Source: Amoebidium appalachense
Taxonomy: Eukaryota; Protista; Ichthyosporea
NCBI GenBank assembly: GCA_963693365.1
Contig: CAVNZM010000011.1
Location: 4,224,639 to 4,288,638 of the forward strand
DNA: 64,000 nt
Direction: 5' to 3'
Shown here one piece after another: positions 39,065-50,858 of the stretch; positions within the stretch are counted from its first letter, which is position 1, and each line of letters opens with the position of its first letter. Made by a program: the position numbers and the translations under genes. A model generated the notes under the pieces. The model ran no database searches. It was not told where the DNA came from and was given only the letters and a program-made list of their open reading frames with translations.

Positions 39065-39127
<63 letters not shown>

Positions 39128-39131
39128 TGCG

Positions 39132-42100
39132 CTATAATTTTGTAGTGATGTGTTTCTCAAGCCAATCAATACATCTAATAAACAGGTCGTAGTTACGCGT
39201 GTTTAGTATAAAATCAAGGATGTTGTAATTTACAGGTAGGCTATCTTTCTGGGTGTCTGTTGTGAATGTGACGTGTGTGTGTTGCGGTATTATGTGGTCT
39301 ATCAAACTACATTTGGCGATACATGACCGGTTAAACTGGTGTGTGTGTGTGTTGTTTGGGCATGCAAATGATGCCACCTTATACTTATTAGATCTCCACT
39401 GTATAGCACGTGTACAGTAAAAGCGTGGTAATTGATCAATAATACCATCAGCTAGAGAAAGACCAGTTCTACAGGAAGGTAATATGTATTTAGGTGTTAT
39501 ACACTTGCGAGTGCCATATTTGGCAATATGGTTGAGGCGGTCAGTATATATAAAACGAGACATAAGGCTTAGTTTTTCAAGGTGTATGCTTTCATCGGGT
39601 CTAGTGTCGTGTGGTATCTTTTTCCATTTGTTATATTGCGTGATTATCTTGTGATTGTGTACATGTTTAATAAGTAAGTGGCAGTCCAAAGTCACACACA
39701 CACTATTGCGGGGTTTATTTGTATTTGTGCCCAGGGGAGAAGGGGAGAGAGAGGGGAGGAAAGAGGGGAGAGGTGAGGAGGGGACAGGTCGGATAGAGAA
39801 GAGAGGGTGGGAGGGCAAATACTTCTTTAAGCGGCTTATGTGCTTATTGAATTTCAGCGCGAGATAGGATACTCTAGCAGCTATTGGGACCAGACCATAT
39901 ATCGAGAGCGTTACAGGCCCAGGTTTACAACAGTTGTTAGATAGAAAGGAGGCAACTTCTGCTTCAAGGAAATTTGCCAAGGGTTTAAGCGCTCTAGTTC
40001 TCTCTTTCTTGATCCAAGCGGCGAGAAGGGGTAAACCATATTCACATGCCGGGAAGACAAAAGTGCGAATAAATGTAAGTCTAATAGAAGGATGGAGGGG
40101 TGTGTCTTTAAAAATATTAGCCGAGAAGAAAGCTAACCGCTTACGAGCCAACTCTACCCTCTTTTCGACCATATGGGGAAACATAACACCAACAGAATCA
40201 ACCGGAACACCAAGATATTTGTATTCTGGAACTATAGGTACAGGTTTAGATGGTAATGTAAATGTGTGTAAATTGTTAGCTATATCAGGTACAAGAACAC
40301 CACATTTGTCTATGTTAAGGATCATAAGGTTTGCCTTGCACCACTCTGACACTACATCGAACAATCTTTGCAGGCGTCTAGGGGTACGGGCAAGGAGGGA
40401 CAGATCATCAGCATAGAGAAGTGCAGGCGGAAAGTTATTAATAGGGTCATCGTTTTCGGCGTAAATCTTGACAGCCAAATCATCTATAAATAGGTTAAAC
40501 AAAAAGGGGCTAAGCAATGAACCCTGCAAGAGACCTCTAGTACGAGCAAAACCATATGAAAGATGCCCATTAACCACAGCTCTACCATAGGTTTGAGACA
40601 AGAGTGCTTCTAACAGAACACCAATGCAGTGTGGTACACCCCGTGCAGCAAGCTTTTCCCATAGGAGACCAGGGGAGACAGAATCGTAAGCAGTTTTCCA
40701 ATCAATAAAGCCAACATATTGTGCACCAACTTGCATAGAATCGTGCAGTGCCATTATTTGAACATAACATGAATTGTTTTTACGAAAAGCGGATTGGCAT
40801 GGGTGTATGTGAAGAATAGATTGAAACCTAGGGTGATGTGCAAATAACCTAAGTAAGCAAGCTTCAAAGAATCTACGAACAACCTGGGTTAGTGTAATGG
40901 GGCGAAAGGATGATATGGGGCCCTCAGAGTCCTTCTTAACTATGGGGATCACTAAGGTATCTAACCAAGATGACGGGACATGTCCACATTTAACACACCA
41001 AGAAAAGAGAGAGCTTAACATGATAGTAAGATCAGGTTTAATAGCACGATCACTTTCCTTTTGTGGGTAGGAGGGAACAAGGATTTTAAGAAACCCAGCA
41101 GGGAGTCCATCAGGTCCACAAGACTTACTAGAGCTATAACTAGATATCACAGACCATATGGCATCGGGACTGAAAAAGGGGAGGATCGATTCTATGGGGA
41201 TAGATGGGTCTACAGGCCACACAATAGGTTTCTGAGCGGGGGTCCTATCTTTAAACAGTTCCGAGAAATACTTATCAGAGTCTATGAGGGGGTCTCCAGT
41301 GGTATCACCAATAATACGAGCAGGGGGGCCAAATCGATTCATACTAGCAAGCCGGCGCAAGCTTTCCTTTTGAGACAGGGGTTCACCTAGTCTAGCGGGA
41401 GTGGTGTTTGGTAACAAGAGAGCATCGGGGTATTCCTTCCTACCACCGCCAGCATAATCACCGAGATCTATCAAATCATCAACAATAAAGTTAGTGCATG
41501 TATCTAGTACGAGATGTGAATCTGGCCTGGCTTGTGCAGATTCTAATAGGCGCATATATATAGGGTGTTTCGTAGCATAGCATACACATACATCAACTCT
41601 ACCCCACTGTGACTTAAGCTGGGATAGACGGAGGCGAAAGGTGGGAGGGGGAGGGGGGAGCAGATCAAGGGAGATCTTAGGTAGGAAAAGGATAGGAGAG
41701 TGGTCAGATGACCTAGAGAGGTTAGGAGGGAGAGAGAGTTTTGACATGGTTGATGGCCAAAAGGCCACTCCCCAGTCGGTGTTGTGGGCATGGGATATTT
41801 GAGGGAACCGCAAAGTGTGACTTTGGACATACCTTGCTAAAGGGATAGCACGCTCCGGGGGCTTAGATGGGTACCCGACACTCACTTGCAGTGTGTCTGT
41901 GTGGTGGAGTCGCGTGTTAAAATCACCTAAAATAACAGTGGACATTGGTAACTGTGACAACTCGTGAGTCAATTCGACAACCGACATAGATGGTGGGTAA
42001 TATACAAAAGTAAAAACATTAGAAAGAAACTCTATAGAAACCGAGAATTCCGTTTTTGCTACCGGTTTGCACTTCACTCTCACGTGTGGTGCGGCAAGTA

Positions 42101-42326
42101 CAATAATGCCTCGGTTTTTCGCGTAACCGGGGTGTGTGGATGTGTCGACCAATGTAGAGTTGAATTTGTGGTGGTTTTTAAACTGTGTTTCGCAAATCAC
42201 TGTAAACGTGTGGTTGTTTGTCTGTTGTTGTATGTAGCTGATTTTATCGTCGAGTGTCCCGGGGGGGAGGCCCTTTTGGGGGCCCAGTGTCCGAGCATTC
42301 CAGAAGAAGAAGGATAAATTAGGCAT
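39132..42326 (-). CDS. LINE ORF2: apurinic-like endonuclease + reverse transcriptase + C-terminal Cys/His region, 1064 aa
   Basis: APE motifs FWNAR, ICET, VYYPP, ILGDFNT, SSDH; RT motifs KSCGPDG, FRPITL, Q-SAFR, FIDWKTAYDSV, GLLQGSLLSPFLFNLFIDDL, LLYADDL, YKYLGV; C-terminal AIQWRSN..C..FNRSC..C..LDFILN. Confidence 0.97.
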   Translation of the reverse strand: MPNLSFFFWNARTLGPQKGLPPGTLDDKISYIQQQTNNHTFTVICETQFKNHHKFNSTLVDTSTHPGYAKNRGIIVLAAPHVRVKCKPVAKTEFSVSIEFLSNVFTFVYYPPSMSVVELTHELSQLPMSTVILGDFNTRLHHTDTLQVSVGYPSKPPERAIPLARYVQSHTLRFPQISHAHNTDWGVAFWPSTMSKLSLPPNLSRSSDHSPILFLPKISLDLLPPPPPTFRLRLSQLKSQWGRVDVCVCYATKHPIYMRLLESAQARPDSHLVLDTCTNFIVDDLIDLGDYAGGGRKEYPDALLLPNTTPARLGEPLSQKESLRRLASMNRFGPPARIIGDTTGDPLIDSDKYFSELFKDRTPAQKPIVWPVDPSIPIESILPFFSPDAIWSVISSYSSSKSCGPDGLPAGFLKILVPSYPQKESDRAIKPDLTIMLSSLFSWCVKCGHVPSSWLDTLVIPIVKKDSEGPISSFRPITLTQVVRRFFEACLLRLFAHHPRFQSILHIHPCQSAFRKNNSCYVQIMALHDSMQVGAQYVGFIDWKTAYDSVSPGLLWEKLAARGVPHCIGVLLEALLSQTYGRAVVNGHLSYGFARTRGLLQGSLLSPFLFNLFIDDLAVKIYAENDDPINNFPPALLYADDLSLLARTPRRLQRLFDVVSEWCKANLMILNIDKCGVLVPDIANNLHTFTLPSKPVPIVPEYKYLGVPVDSVGVMFPHMVEKRVELARKRLAFFSANIFKDTPLHPSIRLTFIRTFVFPACEYGLPLLAAWIKKERTRALKPLANFLEAEVASFLSNNCCKPGPVTLSIYGLVPIAARVSYLALKFNKHISRLKKYLPSHPLFSIRPVPSSPLPSFLPSLSPSPLGTNTNKPRNSVCVTLDCHLLIKHVHNHKIITQYNKWKKIPHDTRPDESIHLEKLSLMSRFIYTDRLNHIAKYGTRKCITPKYILPSCRTGLSLADGIIDQLPRFYCTRAIQWRSNKYKVASFACPNNTHTHQFNRSCIAKCSLIDHIIPQHTHVTFTTDTQKDSLPVNYNILDFILNTRNYDLFIRCIDWLEKHITTKL

Positions 42327-42780
42327 CGGTTTGGTCCGACACCTGTGGGGTTGGTTCCCACTTGTCGCTTACGGGGTCGTATGCACGACCTTCCGCCAGC
42401 GCGAACAGTTCGCAGAAGAGCTCGATTTCCATCTCGCATCGGCGTTTGCGCTCGAGCAGTTTCTCACCAGAAAACATTGGTTCCTTCGTGTCCGTGTCTA
42501 TCACGCTCGTAGCATCGTTTTCCAACTTTGCGAGGAACTCTTTTGCCTTGCTGATGCGTACACGACAACGTGTGGCGCACGCATTCTTAGCAGACACTTT
42601 ACGTTCTTTGTCTGCTTTCTGAATGTTTTCCGGCGCGCATGGGTCGTAGCTTGGGAGGTGGGTGAAGAAGCTTCCACACCCCTTTGTCGCGTCACGGATG
42701 AACGCACGGTTATAGTCGCCCCGTACTGCTACTTCCAGCACATCGTATCCAATGAAGGACAGACAAAGGATGCGAGAGCA
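42319..42780 (-). CDS. LINE ORF1, C-terminal part (5'-truncated)
   Basis: Open frame CSRILCLSFIGYDVLEVAVRGDYNRAF..YDP..., resembling from memory ORF1 of fungal APE-LINEs. Its stop overlaps the ORF2 start (GATGCCTAA). There is no in-frame ATG upstream before a stop at ~42835. Confidence 0.6.
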   Translation of the reverse strand, partial: CSRILCLSFIGYDVLEVAVRGDYNRAFIRDATKGCGSFFTHLPSYDPCAPENIQKADKERKVSAKNACATRCRVRISKAKEFLAKLENDATSVIDTDTKEPMFSGEKLLERKRRCEMEIELFCELFALAEGRAYDPVSDKWEPTPQVSDQTDA

Positions 42781-42825
42781 CCGGAAATATCTGTGATATC
42801 TCCGGCTTGCAATTGCTTCTCTTTC

Positions 42826-43009
42826 ATGAGCATATCAATAAAGCCATTATATATAAAAAAAATTCAAGTCTGGGATAACTCTTCTTCGTTTCCTTCGAAC
42901 ATATGAGCACATCAATAAAGTCATTATTAAAAAAAAAGTTCGATGGCTTCTATTTTGCTGAGCATATCAATAAAGTCATTATAGATAAAAAAAAATTCAA
43001 GGCTGGGGG
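42826..43009. repeat. Three imperfect AT-rich tandem units (TGAGCA(T/C)ATCAATAAAG(C/T)CATTAT..A-run..TTC)
   Basis: Units start at ~42826, ~42903 and ~42958, next to the LINE 5' junction. Confidence 0.85.
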
Positions 43010-44290
43010 ACCCACGTAACTTGATAGGAGGAACCTGCCTATTTCTAATATTGGAGCGTTTTTATTGGTCTATCGATAAGATGCAAATACCTAAAAGATA
43101 AATTGAATAATATGAGTCATATATATCGATTTTCTTTTTCTCTTACATATTAGCTGTTATTGTATGTGGCACTTATCATAAACGTAGCAAACTACATAAA
43201 AAAATTCTATGTTATTCAGCTGCCAAGGCATAGGGAGTTACCTAACTGAAAACGCAGTACACTATGATGATGCGGAAGTGACTGCTTGATTGTTGTACCA
43301 AAGTTTCCAAACCCTGGGCGAGTTATGTGATTCACATTCCAGAGCGTCCTTCCGGCACGCAAAACTTTGCCCGACGTCGACAGCCGCGGACGCGGCACGC
43401 GTGTATGAGCAAGGTGTACTGGTCTGTACTATGGTGCACATGCCGTGTGACATAATCGCACAGAGCCGTGGAGGCCCTGGGATAGGCAAAAAAAAGCCAG
43501 GGTGATGGCATGGGCACTTGGAATAATTGCAACCCCAATTACAAGATTTTAGCTGGCATAGTAATTACATCCTGCACGTGTGGGAGAGAAGCTAACTACA
43601 TACGAAGCTCTGCAGTGCATGCCGGACCACATATCACATGAATGCATATATAGTAACACTTCGATATCAATCAGATATCGATCAGTCATTGATTGACAAG
43701 TCAAAGTCGTCATTGATTGACAAGTCGATGTCTTGAATTGCCAAAGTGACATCTAGCAGGAAGACGTGGCCGTGGGGCATCTTTGGAGTCTTTATTCATA
43801 TTGTAAATAAAGGCGCCGTGTCACTGAAATCGTGTCAATACCGAGGTCGACTGAGCTCCGAAAGTCGGGCACCGAAAGTACAGACACTATTACCATGGCA
43901 GTGCCAATCCAGCAGAGATGTGCATTCAATCGTTTAATTGTGTCAAACATTCGTGCATGGTATCTCATAGCAGTAGGTTAATAGGTGAGATTAGTTTCCA
44001 CTCGATCCTAGAACTCCAAATTGCGAATCTGTAAGGACAGAACAAAAAATAACGTCTAGTACTAACATAGACCTACAACGATATCGTCGAAACTATTTCA
44101 GAGGCTCAGAGCAACACGGGGCCTTGTTGGTCAGTTATCAATAAAACAAAATCTATATTAGGTATAATGTCAGAAAAAGCCAACAGCTGCATACTGTATC
44201 GCGCCCTATGTCTTGGGAGCCGCTAAGAACAAGTCAGGGTTATGGGTCTCAGTGTCCTTAAAAATTCATTGCAAGAATGTCAGGCGGCAA

Positions 44291-44496
44291 TCAGGAGCTC
44301 TTGATGACAACCGTGATGATGGAGTTGTCCATCATGTGCCTGCGCCAGAAACAACGTTAGCATTTCACTTTCTAAACACATTCCTAAGCCCATCAGTTAA
44401 TCTTCAGGATAAATTCAAAAAGGCAAAACAAGCTTGTGTTTTGTGTTGGTGTGTGTGTCTGTGTGGAGAGGGGGGGGGAGAGGTGGGGGAAGCGAG

Positions 44497-44529
<33 letters not shown>

Positions 44530-47345
44530 TTGTGTGTGTGTGTAGGTGTGGTGCTGTTGAAAGAGAGTATGTGCGCTAGTAGCATTGACAGGGACACATA
44601 CCGGTTGAACTGGCGCCTTGCCTTCACGGCATCCTCCGGGTTTGTGTACACCGCTGTGGCCCTTCGCGCCAACGTATCCACGTTCAGGATCTGCCCGACG
44701 TACAACACGTTAGCCATGGCGGGTAAAAATGTGCACAACTCGTATACGTGTGGGTGTGCATGTGCAGTTTGACCAAAGTGCAACTAAGAGGGAATGGTAC
44801 AGCGCGGCGGGGGAGGGGGGGGGGGGGGGGGGGGGGGGGGTCAAGGGTGGCGGCATGTTGCACGCAGGACAAGCACAACAGACTGTTGGGAACCACATGG
44901 ATGGTCGAGGTACACACTGCGACACATGAACGTGCGTGTGCACTGACACACACGCACACACACTCACTTCCGCTCCCCCCCACCCCACCCCCTCCCCCTC
45001 TCCCCCTCTCTCTCCGCCAAACGCCAACTAAAGCATGCTGACATTCAGCAAACACATGAATTCATCAGCACACTAGCACACACCAGTACACATTCCATAG
45101 GCACGTCCCCCCCCCCCCCCCCCCCCCCCCACCACCACCACCACCACCCCCCCACAACCACTGCCCCAGCACAGACATAACACACACACACACAAACACA
45201 CAAACACACACACGCACGCATACACACCTGCACGGGGCCAGCCTTTGCCAACAACTCATGCAGCGCGGACTGGGTAACGGATACAGGCAGGTTGCTGACA
45301 AGCACAGAACACTGCTGCCCCTGCTGGCCCTGGGGGGGTCCTTGGGAAGATCCCTGGGGGGGTCCATTACTATGCTGTGGTCGGCCATAGTCTTGGGGCC
45401 TCCGCTGGTTGTGATCGTCGCCTTGGTCGTGGCTACCACGGTGGTGGGGGGGTCGGTCCTGAAAATTGCCCCTACAGCAAGAAATCTTTCGTTAGTGCAA
45501 GGGGAAAAACATGTGGGGTTGCAAGGGTGGTGTAGAAAGACGAATCAAGACAAAGAGCCCAGAAGCGAGGAAGGCTCCTATGGGAGGACTGTATGGATCA
45601 TGCGGGGAGGGGGGGGGGAAGAAGCTGTATTGGATGTATAGTAGGTTCCGAATTATAGGCCCATTCGGGTCAGGCGAAAAAACTGTTTAATGTGCTCTCA
45701 CCAATTATAAAGGGTAGTCATTTTTCGGGTCTGACCCGAACCGGATCCCTACAAGAGTCTCCCTAAAAACGATTGATCGTGTCTGCGAGTGTGTGCATAC
45801 TGTGCATTGCAAACGGTTTGGGTCGGAGTGGTTGAGTGTGCAGTGAATAGCTAGATCAAAAGCCGCAAAAGGGACCTGAAGCAGAGCGATGTGAGAGGTA
45901 GGAGGAAGAGTGCGAGGGGGAACAGAGGGCACAGGCCGACATCATCAAGCAAAAAAGCAACGAAATACACAGCAGGGCACCACGAAAGTCCCAAGCACCC
46001 GTCAGCGTAACGTTAAATGATCTATGCAACAGAACATGAGCACCACCACCCACCTCTGCTGGTTTTGGTCATTATAAGGGGGTCTGGGTCTCTTCTGCAT
46101 ATTCATGCTGTTGTAGTCCTCACTGTGCCGCTTGTTGCCGTATCCGGGCCCATTTGGTACCATATCCGGTCCGTTGGGTCCAAAATTTCCTCCGCCCCTT
46201 GGACCCCCCATGCCCATTCCAGGACCCATTCCCGGGCCCATGTTCTGGCCTGGGGGTGGGTATTGGGGGCCGGGTCCGGGCCCACTGCCACCCATCATAG
46301 GGCCGGGGCCCCCACTACCCATCATTGGCCCGGGACCCCCACTACCCATCATTGGCCCGGGACCCCCACCACCCATCATAGGCCCGGGCCCCCCACCTCC
46401 CATCATCGGGCCGGGACCACCACTACCCATCATCGGGCCCGGTCCCCCACTACCCATCATCGGGCCGGGGCCCCCACCACCCATCATAGGGCCGGGGCCC
46501 GGAGGCCCAGGGGGGGGTCCTTGTTGCTGCTGCTGAAATGGAATTTCGATGATTAGATAGATAGACCCCCTAACAACCCGCTCTCATGGTCTTTCTGTGT
46601 TGCACATGCAGAGCCTAATGTGTTCGTTTGCACCCACCGTGTATCCTGCACGGTTTTCTTTACTCTTTGTTCGGTGTCTGTGCATCCTACTGCTTCCTCG
46701 CTTACAACCCCCCTCCCCCCTCCCCCCCCCAACTCCAACCCCCCCCCCCCCCTCCCCCCGCCCCGCCCCCTCCCCCCAAAAAAACACACACACATGAAAA
46801 AGGGGGGGCTTATGGCTGTCCTCGGAGGCTTCGCATACTCCATCCTGGCGATCCTACCCACAACCTCCATGTCACGTAGACTCAAAAAAAATGAGCCACT
46901 CAAAGCAAAAACAACACGCGAAAACATACCCTCCCTCTAAGTGCACACAAAACAGAAACGATAAATGTCAAGCAGAGGGTTTACTGCAAGACACACGAAA
47001 AAAAAAAAAACCAACAGCGCGGAATAGATACCAAGAACCTGGGGTTGACGTGCACAGTTCCTCGCCCTTTCACCGGTCTGTATGGGCACAAAATCCAATC
47101 AACACTTGACATGATTGAGAAGTCATAAAGGGAGCCGATTCATGTCGTAGCACCTCCCCCCCCCCCCCCCCCCCCCCCTTGGGTTCCCCTTCCCCAGAAG
47201 CCCCTCCTTGCTTCTACCAATATTTTCAACACGGCATTAAAAGGGGCACAACCAGACGTTACATGAACAAATGGAAGAGCGAGGAGGAAGAGTGAGGGAG
47301 AGGGGGACGGAAGAGAAGAATCCTTTACTCGTTCAACTCCTTCCC

Positions 47346-47390
<45 letters not shown>

Positions 47391-47618
47391 CGCTCTTTAA
47401 ACCCGAGAACATGAAAAAAATAACACCAACACACGCATGCACGAACAAATGCACAAACCAACGAAAGGGACGGAATGGCATTACTTACCCGCCTGCAGGG
47501 CCGCCCACGTTGGAATCCATGCCACCAAAGTTGCCACCCCCCTGCTGTGTGCACCCGTTAGCCCCCACTGCATATACTCAGTGCACGTTGTGCGACAAAA
47601 AGAGAACAAGAAGAATAA

Positions 47619-47677
<59 letters not shown>

Positions 47678-48589
47678 GGGGGGAGAGGGGGGGGGGGAGG
47701 GGGGGTGTTCGGATGCCTTCCAGGGTACCAAGAACACATTCATGACAGACACACAACGCAGATTGCAAGCACAGAAAAAGAACATGCACCATAAGAGCGT
47801 GGGCACGGGCAAGCCTAGTTTGTGGTCAGAACAATCTGGTCAATGAGGAGCAAAAGGGCTTCCTTGCATGCACAAGTGTTCAGGACAGAGGTGGCTGCAA
47901 ACATTGCACATTAGCACCAAACGACACCCAGCAAACAAAGTCATACAGCCAAAACTGAGAGTCAACCACCCATCTAGAACTGCCTTGTATGAAGCACAAC
48001 ACCTTAACTCCTTCACTGCGTACCTTCCAACTCCTTCGCTGCGGTAGATTTCACAAGTAATTGGTCTCCTATAGTATATATATTTCTTTGGTAACATTTT
48101 CTTGGTGGGTTGTCAATCAGAGCCCAGGCACCACTACATCGGTGCCATGGGTACACGGCACGAAATTGCAAATCACAATGAAGATTATATCCACAAGCTA
48201 AAATGGAAAGGGTTTACTCACGTTCCCTTGAAAATTCCCACCACCCATGTTGCCCCCTCCCATGTTGTTGTTGTTGGTGTTGTTGTAGAATCTGAACGGG
48301 ATAATAGCAGTGTCGGACACACCTTCCGGAATAACCCTAAAAACAATACCCCCCCCCCCCCCCCCCCCCCCCCCCAAAGGAAAAAAAAAACCCCTCACGC
48401 ACACACATGTGCACATACACGAGCGCGCGCACACACGCACACGCACACGCACACGCACACGCACACGCACACACACAAACACACCACCACCATCCTCACC
48501 CTTGCACAAACACATACAACCACCCCTCGAACATAACCCCCCCGGCACCCCCCCCCCCCCCCCCCCCCCCCCCACCACCACCCACCAAC

Positions 48590-48637
<48 letters not shown>

Positions 48638-50827
48638 AAAAAAAAAGGAAGAAAGAAAGAAAGAAAGAAAAAGAAAAAGAAAAATGGAAAAGAAAACCCG
48701 CCACCACCATCTATCACCACACATACTGCCAGCAGAGCAGCTTTATTCGCAATCATGACCCCAACACTGGCATGTGCATAGACAGACAGCACGTGCAGCA
48801 CAGGCACATGGACGTGGCCACACGAGGGCACCCAGCACGGGCACACCCACACAGAGATAAAAAGGGGATGTGTGAACAACCCGCCGACGGGTGTGGGTGT
48901 ATGAAACCGACGGAAGCCCCGGGATGATGAGGGGGAGATAGAGGGGGGTGTGTGGAAGGATGAGGAGGAGATAGGGAGTTGGGGTGTGTGTGTGCATGTG
49001 GTGATGGTGGCAGTGGTGGGTGGGTGGGGGGGGGGGGGGGGGGGGGGGGGGGGCAATTACATACAAGGAGTGCACAGCAACACATACCAAGACAAGTGAT
49101 GCAAAAAAGGGAATCTGTGATATGCAACAATTGCTCAACCAGACAGTAACGCATGCAGCCATCAATACATCAAATAAAAACTTTCTCCCAGCCACGCATG
49201 CTAACGAGCAAAAACGACACCCACCCTGTGTTGTTGAAATTCCCTCCGCCTTGGAAGTTGCCAGTCCCTTGGTTGCCCATACCCCCGCCTATATTCCCAC
49301 CCATATTCCCACTGCCCATATTCGTATTCCCGGGCCCCATATTCCCGAACCCTCCACCACCCATACTCCCACCCATATTCCCACCCATGTTTCCTCCACC
49401 CATTTGCGGCGGTGCGCCATTCATATTTCCGCCCATGTTACCCCCCGTCGGCATCGGCCCACCCATGGCCTGTCCGGAATTCCCACCACCCATATTTCCA
49501 CCGACGACCGGTGGCCCCACGGTGGGGTTCATGTTCACATTCCCCATATTTCCGACCGGGCCGGGGGGGACACTAGCGTTAGGTTGCTGGTTTCCAGTTG
49601 CCGAAGCCTGCTTCTTGCGCAATTCATACTCCTCGCGTGCAGACAACCTCTTCTGTGGAATTTGCGGCGGCGGAGCGGCATTGAAACCCCCCATGGGTTG
49701 ACCGAGGGCTACGGGGGGGCCCATGACATTTGGGACATTTGGCGGTTGCTGGGGGGGGATGTTTGGGTGGGTGAAGGGACCAGTGGTGGGGCTCGGGCCC
49801 ATATTGACAGGGTTGAATGGCGGCTGCATGGGCCCACGTGGTCCACCTGAAAAAAGGTTTGGTTTCGTCAATACTAATGGATTGAGGAAAGTGAAAGAAA
49901 CACATGACAGCAATGACTCCCCCACCCCCCACCCCGGGCCCCGGCCCCGGCCCCGTCCCCGGCCCCGGCCCCGGCCGCTGTTCTTACCCGTCTCCCCCTT
50001 CGTCCTCCTCTCATGCTGCAGAATAGAAGTAGACTACACCGTGTCGGGAACAAAACAAGCTAGCCACCCCCTAAGTCTCATATCCCCCGCCCCCCTCCCC
50101 CCCCCCTCGCCCCCCAATACACCCACACCCACACCCACACCCACACCCACACCCACCCACATCAACACACACCACCACCACAATCCAGCCATCTTTAGAC
50201 ACACAAAAAGCACAAACATTGCTATCACACTACGAAGATATCACTAGCAGACAGGGGGGGAGGGGGAGGGGGGGGGGGGGGTTTGAATGCGGAACACGGT
50301 ACGAAGTACGCATACACGATGAGAAGCATGGTGCAGGACACATGCAAAGGCAAACATTCAAGTATGCAACATCAGCCATGCGCACAGTATGCGTCATAAG
50401 CAGAGCCCATCCTCAGGGAGGGCCCAAGTCATCAATTGCGTCTGAGTTTCGACCCCTTAGCCCGCGTATATACGACTCTCCAACTCAGACAGCAGCATCA
50501 ACTGAACTTGGGAGGGTCAACCCGTCTTGATCAAAGACGAGCAGGGTTGCTTATGCAAGCAAGGTGAGCAAAACGGTGAAGACGTGTGTGCAAACTAAAG
50601 CAGTGCAGCGAAAAATGCGTATGTGCTTACAGATGCACGACACAGAGCAACCATGCCCGGTTGCATGGAAGTAAGGCGGTCTCCACACAGCGGTCTGTCC
50701 TGAAAGGACACCTCTGAAAGAAGACTGGGGGGGTTTGAATGCGGAACACGGTACGAAGTACGCATACACGATGAGAAGCATGGTGCAGGACACATGCAAA
50801 GGCAAACATTCAAGTATGCAACATCAG

Positions 50828-50858
<31 letters not shown>

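Larger units (their letters stand above)
38993..42780 (-). mobile_element. Non-LTR retrotransposon (APE-type LINE) with intact ORF2, probably 5'-truncated within ORF1, poly(A) tail
   Basis: ORF1 remnant overlaps a 1064-aa ORF2. A short 3'UTR with (CA)n is followed by 36 A on the minus strand (T run 38993-39028). No introns or long homopolymer runs in the coding part. No target-site duplication found. Confidence 0.92.

Noticed and set aside
38960-43020. Target-site duplication for the intact LINE (TGGGGTTCCCCG versus TGGGGGACCCACG)
   Set aside because: The similarity is too loose, and the 5' boundary is undefined.
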